Shown one piece after another: positions 38,358 to 47,133 of a DNA stretch of 64,000 nt. How positions within the stretch are numbered: position 1 is the stretch's first letter; every line of letters starts with the position of its first letter. The position numbers were made by a program, and so were the translations under genes. The notes under the pieces were generated by a model that saw only the letters and a program-made list of their open reading frames with translations, ran no database searches and was not told where the DNA came from. Location: the IMG/VR virus record IMGVR_UViG_3300032116_000017; one strand, given 5' to 3'. This DNA is from an uncultured virus (IMG/VR IMGVR_UViG_3300032116_000017) (lineage: Duplodnaviria; Heunggongvirae; Uroviricota; Caudoviricetes).

Positions 38358-38807
38358 ATGGATATAGATAAACTTTATAGTGATTTCAACTTTGCTCAGG
38401 GAGTAGATGAAAAAAGACAAATTTTAGAATCATTTTCTGATGATATTTCGGATCATGATTTAAAAGAGCTTCAAGCTCAGATTAATGATGTTATTGAGAA
38501 TTCAAAAATTGAAGAGGATATTATTATTTCTATGGAAATAGAAGATGGTAAGTACCACCTTTATAACTGTGTGGAAAGTGTTGCTGATTATAAATCTGGT
38601 TCTAATTACTATGTCAAAGTAGATGATCCAAAAGAATTTTACTTATCAACTGGAATTGGTGAAACAAATACAATTATTCACAATATGATTGAAACTATTA
38701 AACCAATCTATTGGATTATAACTGACGATGGTATTGGTACATTAAAAAGAAAAAATATTTTCCCGAATGATGTTGATTTTTCGGATTATTTTGTTAAATT
38801 TGCTTAA
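38358..38807 (+). CDS. Hypothetical protein
   Basis: Packed ORF. Confidence 0.7.
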   Translation: MDIDKLYSDFNFAQGVDEKRQILESFSDDISDHDLKELQAQINDVIENSKIEEDIIISMEIEDGKYHLYNCVESVADYKSGSNYYVKVDDPKEFYLSTGIGETNTIIHNMIETIKPIYWIITDDGIGTLKRKNIFPNDVDFSDYFVKFA

Positions 38808-38816
38808 AATATAAAT

Positions 38817-39002
38817 ATGGAAAAAATTAATGAAGTTGAAATTATCTCAAGATTAGATAAACAATTCGGAAATGATCAAGATTTGGGTAAAAACTACCGT
38901 AGTGTTATCTTAATGAATTTTGGAAAATTCGACGAAAATTGCAAAAAATATCCTAATGATTTTGACTTAGGAAAAAATTTAAGAAAAAAAATTAAAAATT
39001 AA
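38817..39002 (+). CDS. Small hypothetical protein with duplicated ND.DLGK motif
   Basis: GNDQDLGKNYR and PNDFDLGKNLR. Confidence 0.6.
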   Translation: MEKINEVEIISRLDKQFGNDQDLGKNYRSVILMNFGKFDENCKKYPNDFDLGKNLRKKIKN

Positions 39003-39056
39003 TTTGGTAAAAAGAAAATAATTACTAACTTTGTTAAAAATAAAAACGAAAAATAT

Positions 39057-40181
39057 ATGTCAATGAAACCTAATGGAATGTCAGAAGAAATGTTAGAGAA
39101 CTTGGGTAACCTAACAGAAAAAGAAAGAAAGTATTTTGCTATTATGTGGGCAAAGTATGGTGTTCTTTTTATATCATCTAAACCCGGAGTTGCTAAGTCT
39201 GCAATTGGTCGTTCAATCGCTGAGAAGATGGGATTTGCATACTTAGATATGCGTTTATCGATGTCTGATGAATCTGACTTCAAATATCCTTATCTTGAAG
39301 ATGGTACGTTTGAGGGAAAACCAATTAAAGTTTCCGGATACGCAGTACCGAAATGGGCTTATGAGGCTAACCAACGCCCAACACTTATTCACTTCGAAGA
39401 GTTAAACAGAGCTCCTCAATTCGTAAGAAATGCGGCTCTACAAATCCTTCTTGAGCGTGAGATTGGTGAATTCAAATTCAACTCTAACGTTATTATGATG
39501 GCATCTGGTAACTTAGGTGATGAAGATGGTACTGACGTTGAAGAGTTCGACTCAGCTCTTAACAACCGTCTAATTCACATTCCTCACTCTCTTGGAGTTG
39601 AAGAGTGGTTAGGTGATTTCGCATCTACAGGGTGTCACAAACTTATCACTTCATTCATCAAATCTCACCCAGAGCAGATGTATAAGACGAGTGATAACAC
39701 TAAGGGTTACGCAACTCCACGTTCTTGGACAATGTTGTCTAAGTTTATCACAGAAAACTGGGGAATGGAAGCTTCACCGAGAGAGTTTCTTCCACTTTTG
39801 AAAGAGGTAGCCTCTGGATATGTTGGAAACTCAGCGATGAAGTTCATTCAATACTGTGAGGATATGTTGAATATCTCAATTCAAGATGTTCTTAATGACT
39901 ACGACCGTATCAAAAAGGATCTTGAGAAGTACAACCGTGATAAGAACTCTGAATTGATTCAGTCATTGAAAGAGATTGATATCACTAAGTTGTCTGAGAA
40001 ACAACTTGACAATTGTGTTAAATTTCTTAACGGAGTTGGTGATGATGAAAAGACGGCTTACCTACTTTACATCTTAGATAATATCGCGGATGTGACTAAT
40101 CCAAAAATGAAGAAGTTTCTTCTTAAGTTTGAGGAATTGTTGAGAACAATTAAGAAAATCAACAAACCAGGTAGTAAGTAA
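39057..40181 (+). CDS. MoxR-like AAA+ ATPase
   Basis: Walker A variant SKPGVAKS, Walker B IHFEELNRA, ASGN, ALNNR, ATPRSW; promoter TTTG-N19-TAACTTTG at 39003-39033. Confidence 0.88.
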   Translation: MSMKPNGMSEEMLENLGNLTEKERKYFAIMWAKYGVLFISSKPGVAKSAIGRSIAEKMGFAYLDMRLSMSDESDFKYPYLEDGTFEGKPIKVSGYAVPKWAYEANQRPTLIHFEELNRAPQFVRNAALQILLEREIGEFKFNSNVIMMASGNLGDEDGTDVEEFDSALNNRLIHIPHSLGVEEWLGDFASTGCHKLITSFIKSHPEQMYKTSDNTKGYATPRSWTMLSKFITENWGMEASPREFLPLLKEVASGYVGNSAMKFIQYCEDMLNISIQDVLNDYDRIKKDLEKYNRDKNSELIQSLKEIDITKLSEKQLDNCVKFLNGVGDDEKTAYLLYILDNIADVTNPKMKKFLLKFEELLRTIKKINKPGSK

Positions 40182-40198
40182 TAGTCTTTCTGAGAGTT

Positions 40199-40230
40199 AA
40201 GGGGATGTCGAAAAGATATCCCCTTTTTTT
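40199..40230 (+). terminator. Intrinsic terminator
   Basis: AAGGGGATGTC-GAAAA-GATATCCCCTT plus T-run. Confidence 0.75.
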
Positions 40231-40263
40231 GATAATTAAGAAATTATTTTAGATATATAAACC

Positions 40264-40488
40264 ATGTATGAGATAAAACTTGTTTTGATAAGCACTTACG
40301 GTGAATTTCGAGGTAGGCCTGCAATTCTATCTTTAGAAGACTATGCTCGTCTTGTCGAAATGACCAAAACATTTTACAGTGGAGGATTTGAATTGACACT
40401 TGAAGATGGTACATTCGTAGTATTTGCCCCTGATGTTGTTAGTCAATCTATTCTTAAAATAGAAAAAAAAGAAATAAAAAATGTTTAA
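40264..40488 (+). CDS. Small hypothetical protein
   Basis: ORF 4 nt after GATATATA. Confidence 0.65.
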   Translation: MYEIKLVLISTYGEFRGRPAILSLEDYARLVEMTKTFYSGGFELTLEDGTFVVFAPDVVSQSILKIEKKEIKNV

Positions 40489-41131
40489 AAATAGATTTAA
40501 AAGATTTGGGGGAGATTACATTCCTGATATCATAGAGTATCTTTCTGATTATATTAGTAAAGATCCTAGTGTTACTATTTCAGTTGGTTGTGACTCTATT
40601 CAAAAGAGACGAAGAACTGTTTATGCAATCACAATTATGATGTATAATACCGATTTAAGACATGGGGCTCACGTTGTTTTTTTCAGAGAGTCTTGTCCTA
40701 AAATTAGAGACAACAATGAAAGACTTTTTAAAGAAGCTCAATATTTACATGATATTGGAACTTACTTAGATGGTGAGCTTTCCAAATTTTATAAAAGAAC
40801 AGACTTATCAGAAAGAGAAATGAAAAGATATAAGTATCACCTTCTTAAATGTGCGGGTGAATATGGACACGTTCCTCTTCACCAAGATGATGCGGTAATG
40901 AATGCTCTGTTTCTCAGTCCTGCTGATATGATTGATTATAGAACTGTTGATATACATGTTGACTTTAATCCATTTGAGGGTTCAATAAATGAAAAAGGAT
41001 TACATAAAAATAAGTCGTATGCTGCTTATAAAAGTTATACACCTTGGTTGAGAGGCATGGGCTTTAGAACTTGGGCAAAACCTCTCGCCCATGCCAGTAC
41101 ATCAGCCGCAGACTTACTTTTACAGGACTGA
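40481..41131 (+). CDS. RNase H-like YkuK (DUF458) family protein
   Basis: ISVGCDS, LFKEA, IHVDFN, KP.A.ASTSAAD motifs. Confidence 0.75.
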   Translation: MFKNRFKRFGGDYIPDIIEYLSDYISKDPSVTISVGCDSIQKRRRTVYAITIMMYNTDLRHGAHVVFFRESCPKIRDNNERLFKEAQYLHDIGTYLDGELSKFYKRTDLSEREMKRYKYHLLKCAGEYGHVPLHQDDAVMNALFLSPADMIDYRTVDIHVDFNPFEGSINEKGLHKNKSYAAYKSYTPWLRGMGFRTWAKPLAHASTSAADLLLQD

Positions 41132-41490
41132 TGTTTGAATTAAACTCACATATGATTCAAAAAATGGGGTGGTTTTCATATCACCCTTCTATTGGACTTG
41201 GGTTTGATTTGCCTGGTGTTTTTCATAGTGATCCTTTTGTTAGATTTTTTTTCATTGACAAGTCTAAAAATGTTGTTTTCATTATTAAAGAAATGACTCC
41301 TGATGAAAAACAAAAGACAAAAAAAGAATATAAATTTATAGATTTTAAAACACCAATAAACATAAAAGCTACTAAGATGAATATAGTAGAATTTAACTCA
41401 AATGAAGAATTATGGAAACTGGTTATTGAAAATGAGGCTTGTGGTGAAAATTATCAAAGACACTTTAGACTAAACAAAATATTAAAATGA
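41131..41490 (+). CDS. Hypothetical protein with C-terminal tag
   Basis: Likely start ATG 41131 (TGATG overlap); ends QRHFRLNKILK. Confidence 0.7.
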   Translation: MFELNSHMIQKMGWFSYHPSIGLGFDLPGVFHSDPFVRFFFIDKSKNVVFIIKEMTPDEKQKTKKEYKFIDFKTPINIKATKMNIVEFNSNEELWKLVIENEACGENYQRHFRLNKILK

Positions 41491-42113
41491 AAAGAAAAGA
41501 ATTAAAAATTTTAGGTCTCTCTTATAGCCAAACACAAATCGGATCTTATGTTTGTGTGCTAACTGAAAAAAAGGGAACAATTAAGATACCACTTATTATT
41601 AAAGCAAATGAAGCTCAAAGAATTGCACTTGAACTTGAAGGTATTAAACCAACTAGAACTCTAACACATGATACCATTAAAGGTATTTGTGATTCTTTTG
41701 ATTTAGATGTTCAGGAAGTTTTTATTTACGCACTTATGGAAGGTGTTTTCTACACCAGAATAGTAGTTTCTAACGGAATTGATGAAATGGAAATTGAAAC
41801 AACTATTGGTGATGCACTTGCTCTATCAACAATATATAAATGTCCAATTTACACTACCACTGATATCATAGGTTCGGTAGGTGTCAAAATTAATGATGAT
41901 GGTAGCTTTGATTCAAATGATAAAGATGAAGATGATTTTGAGGATGATGATTTTGAAGATGATTTTGATAGTTTTATTGATGATGGAAAAAAAGAAAGAG
42001 TTGTCTCTGTTGAAGATTTAGAGATACTTATGCAAAATGCTATTGATAATGAAGAGTATGAAATTGCAGCAGAACTAAGAGACCGCATACAAAAATTAAA
42101 AAATGAAGAATAA
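41487..42113 (+). CDS. Bifunctional nuclease (DUF151) domain + UVR domain protein
   Basis: LSYSQTQ.G.Y, IPLII...EAQ.IA, R.LTHD, EGVFY, DALAL; C-terminal AI..EEYE.AAELRD. Confidence 0.85.
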   Translation: MKRKELKILGLSYSQTQIGSYVCVLTEKKGTIKIPLIIKANEAQRIALELEGIKPTRTLTHDTIKGICDSFDLDVQEVFIYALMEGVFYTRIVVSNGIDEMEIETTIGDALALSTIYKCPIYTTTDIIGSVGVKINDDGSFDSNDKDEDDFEDDDFEDDFDSFIDDGKKERVVSVEDLEILMQNAIDNEEYEIAAELRDRIQKLKNEE

Positions 42114-42544
42114 TGGAGAAAAAGTTATACGATAAAATCGATAGTAATATACTTAAATCACTACCTAACCCAACTGAAGAAGCTTACGAGGCAAAAATAA
42201 AAATTCCAGAATGTACCTTTTTAGGAGTTCATGAACAACCAGATTTTGCTAGTTTCTACCTTACTTTTTATGCTGATAAAAAAATCATTGAATTGAAATC
42301 TCTTAAACATTACATCTATCAATTGAGAGATATTGTAGTTTCATATGAGAGACTAATCAATATCGTTTATGAGGATTTAATGAAAACATATGAGCCTACT
42401 AGATTAAGAATCGTTATGGTTTGTAATCCACGAGGCGGTATAAGTTCTAAACTAACCATTGATTCGGATTGGGGAATTAGAGGTGGGAAAGAAATTTTCA
42501 AAGACTGGCACCAATCAGAGGACACTTGGGAAGTTGTAATGTAA
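42113..42544 (+). CDS. QueF-like T-fold protein (canonical catalytic Cys absent)
   Basis: QPDFA, ELKSLK.Y, SYE, NPRGGI motifs. Confidence 0.8.
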   Translation: MEKKLYDKIDSNILKSLPNPTEEAYEAKIKIPECTFLGVHEQPDFASFYLTFYADKKIIELKSLKHYIYQLRDIVVSYERLINIVYEDLMKTYEPTRLRIVMVCNPRGGISSKLTIDSDWGIRGGKEIFKDWHQSEDTWEVVM

Positions 42545-42557
42545 AAAAAAATTACAA

Positions 42558-42584
42558 TAAAGGCAACTTAGGTTGTCTTTTTTT
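42558..42584 (+). terminator. Intrinsic terminator
   Basis: AAAAGGCAAC-TTAG-GTTGTCTTTT. Confidence 0.6.
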
Positions 42585-42609
42585 ATATAACAAAAAAATA
42601 AAATATTAA

Positions 42610-43509
42610 ATGGCATTATCTTATATCGGTGGTAAGTCAAGAATCGGAACTTGGATTAGAAATTATATTCCAAAAGACATTGAGACTTATGTAGAACCTT
42701 TTTCCGGAATGTTCTGGGTCTTCTTCAAAATGGAGCTTCCAGTATATCAAAATATCAAAACTGTCGTTTATAACGACTGGAACCCACTCAATGTAAATCT
42801 TTTCAACTGTATCAAAAATTACAAAGAGTTTTATGATGTGATTAAAGATTATAAATCACAGGATAAATCAATGTTTGAAAAGTTTCAAAAAGAGATTTTT
42901 AGTCCTGAATTTAAAATAGATTTGACCAATTCTGATTATCACACGGCCGCAAAATACGCTTATGTTTTATCACAAGTTTGGTCTGGGACTAATCCTGAGA
43001 AATCTAAATTTATTGATCTTAAGGGTAAATATAAATCAAAGTTTGATTCATTTGTTAATAAACTTCAAAACCCTAATTGGCAAAAGTATTTTGATAAAAT
43101 AACAGTTTGTGAAAATTTAGACTTTGAAGAAGTTATTAAAAAATATGATTCGGAAAGAACATATTTCTACTGTGATCCACCTTACTATAAGACGGAAAAG
43201 TATTACGCAAATCATGAGTTTGGAATTGAAACACATGAAAGATTGGCAAATTGTTTAAAATCAACTACTGGTAAATTTTCACTTAGCTACTATCACTTTG
43301 AACAATTAGAGGAATGGTTTCCAAAAGATGAGTATCAGTGGCAATCTAAAGAATTCTCAAAAGCAGCAATGGCTAAGGCAGGTAAATCTCAAACAGTTGG
43401 AACTGAACTACTAATTATGAACTATGGAAAAGTAGAAAAGAGAGAATTGATAGAAGAAGAAAAGACATCAACTATTTTAGATGATGATAACTTTGATTTC
43501 AGTATTTAA
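42610..43509 (+). CDS. Dam-like (D12 class) N6-adenine DNA methyltransferase
   Basis: YIGGKS, YVEPFSG, VYND, FYCDPPY, ELLIMNY. Confidence 0.92.
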   Translation: MALSYIGGKSRIGTWIRNYIPKDIETYVEPFSGMFWVFFKMELPVYQNIKTVVYNDWNPLNVNLFNCIKNYKEFYDVIKDYKSQDKSMFEKFQKEIFSPEFKIDLTNSDYHTAAKYAYVLSQVWSGTNPEKSKFIDLKGKYKSKFDSFVNKLQNPNWQKYFDKITVCENLDFEEVIKKYDSERTYFYCDPPYYKTEKYYANHEFGIETHERLANCLKSTTGKFSLSYYHFEQLEEWFPKDEYQWQSKEFSKAAMAKAGKSQTVGTELLIMNYGKVEKRELIEEEKTSTILDDDNFDFSI

Positions 43510-43569
43510 TTTATAAAAGGAGACTTGATAATTTTTATAAATAAGTTATAAAAATTATCACTCTTTTCT

Positions 43570-43791
43570 ATGAAGTACAAACCCGGTGATATAGTCATTA
43601 AAACCACAGGTGGTAATAAAATGACAATCTTTGATAAGATATCCGATGGTGTTTATAAATGTCTTTGGTTTGTTGAAAACTCAATGAAGGAATCCGTATT
43701 TAATGAGGAGGAATTAGTTACTTTAAATGAGTATAAACGGTTTCTGAAAACGGAAGAAAGAGAAGATAAGATTAATCAATTACTGGGTTAA
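43570..43791 (+). CDS. YodC/DUF2158-like small protein with C-terminal tag
   Basis: PGDIV...GG.KMT...CLWF...F..EEL; ends EREDKINQLLG. Confidence 0.7.
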   Translation: MKYKPGDIVIKTTGGNKMTIFDKISDGVYKCLWFVENSMKESVFNEEELVTLNEYKRFLKTEEREDKINQLLG

Positions 43792-44269
43792 AATAAACAT
43801 TTAATGATATTGACTTATATTCTTCGTGGTGTGAATTCATATCAATAAGAACTTTATCATAACTATCTTTAAGTCTATCCCAAGTTACTAAAATATCCTT
43901 TAACTTATCAACACCAGAATCATCTAAAATAGCATAATCAGCTTTTATCTTTATGGTAGCACAAAATACAAACGGATATTCATCTAAATCAGTTGTGCGT
44001 AAAAATAATTGACGGTAAGACTCATTATCAAGATATCTATTAGCTTCTTCTGTTTGAGATTGAACCCATCTTTCAAAATTTCCATTATTTGGATTTACAG
44101 ACCAAAGCATGTCACGCTCTTTTACACCAGAGTATCCACAAACACACATGCTATAAGATACAACATCATCATCTTCATACTCTACGAAATATTCCCTAAT
44201 CTTATTTACTTCATCTTTGAAAGAATCAGACGAATTACTTTCATTAAATTTTGACCAGTCTTTAATCAT
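43772..44269 (-). CDS. Leader-tagged hypothetical protein
   Basis: Starts MIKDWSKFNES. Confidence 0.7.
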   Translation of the reverse strand: MIKDWSKFNESNSSDSFKDEVNKIREYFVEYEDDDVVSYSMCVCGYSGVKERDMLWSVNPNNGNFERWVQSQTEEANRYLDNESYRQLFLRTTDLDEYPFVFCATIKIKADYAILDDSGVDKLKDILVTWDRLKDSYDKVLIDMNSHHEEYKSISLNVYFNPVID

Positions 44270-44270
44270 A

Positions 44271-44333
44271 CTACTTCTTTCTTACAGCAACTCTACCTTT
44301 AAGTAAAGATTTTAATAATTCTAATATTTTCAT
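44271..44333 (-). CDS. Possible 20-aa basic peptide
   Basis: MKILELLKSLLKGRVAVRKK; ATG 4 nt after TAATATATA; stop 1 nt before next ATG. Confidence 0.45.
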   Translation of the reverse strand: MKILELLKSLLKGRVAVRKK

Positions 44334-44343
44334 AGATTATATA

Positions 44344-47133
44344 TTAAAAATTATATTTGAAAGAAAGACTTATTGATTGACCAAAGTTTATTTCCTGCCA
44401 TCTATTGTCACCAGATGTATATTTTCTATTACCATCTAAATCTTGAAATAAAATCAAATCTTGAGATATAATATCTTTGATATTCAGTTTAAGCTCACAA
44501 TTTTTAATTGTCTTAGAAATTTGTAAATCAATTACATTTCTACCATTTTCCCAAACAGATGGCTCTTGAACATTACCAACTATATAAATCCTTTGGCCTA
44601 TTAGGTTGTATGAAATTGTCGCTGTGAAATCCTTTTTAGGGGATGTGTAAAATAAACCAGAATTTATTATAAAAGGTGATTGTCCCTGTAGAGGTCTATT
44701 TTCAGATCCATGAAAACCTTCTAAATTAACTTCAGACTTAATAAGTGATGCATTTGTGTATATTGATAGATTTTCAAATTTACTGGATATAAATTTTAAA
44801 TTAGTTCTCATTTCAATCTCTGCTCCGAAATTTCTACTTGACTTAGCATTCATGTAATACAATTCTGGAGAACCTGAAGTTCCCGTTCTGTTTATCAACT
44901 CTATTGGGTTTATGAATTTTTTATAGAAACCGGATACTGAAATCATTTGACCACTTTTAGGAAACCACTCCCATCTTAAATCTAAATTATCAATGGTTGC
45001 TCTCTCTAATTTAGGATTTCCAGAAACTATGTTGTCTAAAACAAAGTTATAAAAACTAAATGGTGCTAATTCTCTAAACTCTGGTCTCGAAACTGACTTG
45101 AAGTAAGCCGCTCTTATTTTCATTTTATCAGTTAGTGAATAGATTAAATTCAATGAAGGTAAAACATCAATAACAGTTGTATCAATTGTCTTTTTTAAGT
45201 TACTTCCGAATTCAACATAATTAAACTTCTGACTGTAAGACTCAACTCTCACTCCTGTAACAAATCTGAAATTGTTTATTTTTGAATCTGTCATTAGAAA
45301 TCCAGAGTTGAGAAATGAATTCGCTGAGTAAGAGTCATCGACATTTGTCGCTTCATCTAATTTGAATCCACCTGTTCCATCGGATAAAAGACCCATATTT
45401 TGTTGTGAGAAGATTTCACTCGCTGGAAGTAAAAGTAACTGTGAGTTGAAATACGAACCTTGTGGTTTATATTGAGAAAATCCAAAGTTTCTTGATATAA
45501 ATTCTTTGTCTCTAAATTGATGCCATCCTCCGAGTTTAATCTCATTTTCTAATTTTGATATATTGACCGGTATTATATAATCATAATTCAAAGACCATAT
45601 ATTTTCACCTGATTTAGACCAAAACATATTACCAGCAGCTGTTGGAATAGTTCCATTTGATTGTATGACAGCCGCGTATTGTTGAGTCGTATCATCTTCG
45701 TATAAAGAGTATTTTCTATAAACTATTCTTCTTAAATTCGGAATATCTCTTATAACATTTGAATATCCAATATTCCAATTGAATACGGTTTTTTTAATAT
45801 CGTGTTTTCCAGATAACTGATTTGTTAAAATATTATTTTGTGTTAGCCAAAAATTAGTGGATTTTTCCCATTGACGAGGATCATTATCCATTTCACGAAC
45901 ACCGTTTCTAACATTTATTCTATCTTCAGAGTTTATTGAATATAAAGATTTCAACTTAATGTTGTTTTTTTGATTAATTTTTAGACTCAAATTCAATAAG
46001 TTAGTAAATAATATATTTTTTGTAAAAACCGAATCTTTTAATTCCATTTTCGTAATTACACCTGAAGCTTGTTCTTCAAAATCTCGCCTGATTGAATTAT
46101 TCATTGATTCAACATTTTGATAAGATGTAGCAAAAATAAGACCTAATTTTGTGTCTTTTTTTAATTTAATTTCTTTACCAATGGTCCATTGTAAAGTTCC
46201 ACCTGGAAGAGCTAATCTTTGATTAGTGGTCCAGTTCCAATTCATCAGTTTAGAATAGTCAGCTCTCTGATTTTTATCAGTTAATAACCAGTCTTCTATT
46301 GTTGGTATTCCATCTGGTAGATTTCTTGATTTACCAGCAATTCCTAAAAATTCTAAACCAGAATTTTTATTATAATTAAAGTTTCTAAAAGTAGAGATTG
46401 TGTTATAATTTAAACCTAAACTTAGATTATGTATAACCTTAGCATCAAGTGTTGATACATTTATCACACCACCTGCAAACTCACCAGGTAGGTCTGGAGA
46501 ACCCGATTTATAAATGACTAAATTGTCTAATATATTTGAAGGAAATATATCAAAAGAAAAAGCTCTTTTGTCAGATTCGGTCGATGGTAGAGGACTTCCA
46601 TTTATAAGTCCAAAATTATATCTATCATTAAGTCCTCTTATGATAACGAATTTGTTTTCCTGTATTGAAGCTCCTGAAACTCTTTTAAATACATCAGTAG
46701 CTTTAGAATCAGGTGTTTTTTTAAATTGTTCTGATGTCACTCCATCTAAAGAAACTGCTGATTTATTTTGCATTCTTATAATTTCAGAAGTTGATCCTTT
46801 ATCAACCGTCATAGTGACTGTCACTCCCTCAAGCTCCTGTGTTTTAGATTCTAAACTTACAACTATTGAAGTGTCGGAATTTATAGATAATTCTATTAAC
46901 TTATTTTGATACCCGATATATCTGAACTCAATTCTATTAACACCTTTAGATAGATTAATTTTGAAATTACCATCATAATCTGTTCTAGTCCCTGTTTGTT
47001 GATTAATTATATATACTGTTGCACCAAAAAGTGACTCACCTGATTGAGAGTCACTAATGGTTCCAGTTAGTGTTTGTGAAAATGTGTAATAAGAAATAAA
47101 TAATAATACTACACTTAAAAATAAATTTCTCAT
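44344..47133 (-). CDS. TonB-dependent outer-membrane receptor with N-terminal carboxypeptidase-regulatory-like domain
   Basis: Signal peptide; GTISDS..GE.L.GA.V; plug IRGL..RYN; barrel SRPEFRELAPF, GNPKL; terminal FKYNF. Confidence 0.92.
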   Translation of the reverse strand: MRNLFLSVVLLFISYYTFSQTLTGTISDSQSGESLFGATVYIINQQTGTRTDYDGNFKINLSKGVNRIEFRYIGYQNKLIELSINSDTSIVVSLESKTQELEGVTVTMTVDKGSTSEIIRMQNKSAVSLDGVTSEQFKKTPDSKATDVFKRVSGASIQENKFVIIRGLNDRYNFGLINGSPLPSTESDKRAFSFDIFPSNILDNLVIYKSGSPDLPGEFAGGVINVSTLDAKVIHNLSLGLNYNTISTFRNFNYNKNSGLEFLGIAGKSRNLPDGIPTIEDWLLTDKNQRADYSKLMNWNWTTNQRLALPGGTLQWTIGKEIKLKKDTKLGLIFATSYQNVESMNNSIRRDFEEQASGVITKMELKDSVFTKNILFTNLLNLSLKINQKNNIKLKSLYSINSEDRINVRNGVREMDNDPRQWEKSTNFWLTQNNILTNQLSGKHDIKKTVFNWNIGYSNVIRDIPNLRRIVYRKYSLYEDDTTQQYAAVIQSNGTIPTAAGNMFWSKSGENIWSLNYDYIIPVNISKLENEIKLGGWHQFRDKEFISRNFGFSQYKPQGSYFNSQLLLLPASEIFSQQNMGLLSDGTGGFKLDEATNVDDSYSANSFLNSGFLMTDSKINNFRFVTGVRVESYSQKFNYVEFGSNLKKTIDTTVIDVLPSLNLIYSLTDKMKIRAAYFKSVSRPEFRELAPFSFYNFVLDNIVSGNPKLERATIDNLDLRWEWFPKSGQMISVSGFYKKFINPIELINRTGTSGSPELYYMNAKSSRNFGAEIEMRTNLKFISSKFENLSIYTNASLIKSEVNLEGFHGSENRPLQGQSPFIINSGLFYTSPKKDFTATISYNLIGQRIYIVGNVQEPSVWENGRNVIDLQISKTIKNCELKLNIKDIISQDLILFQDLDGNRKYTSGDNRWQEINFGQSISLSFKYNF

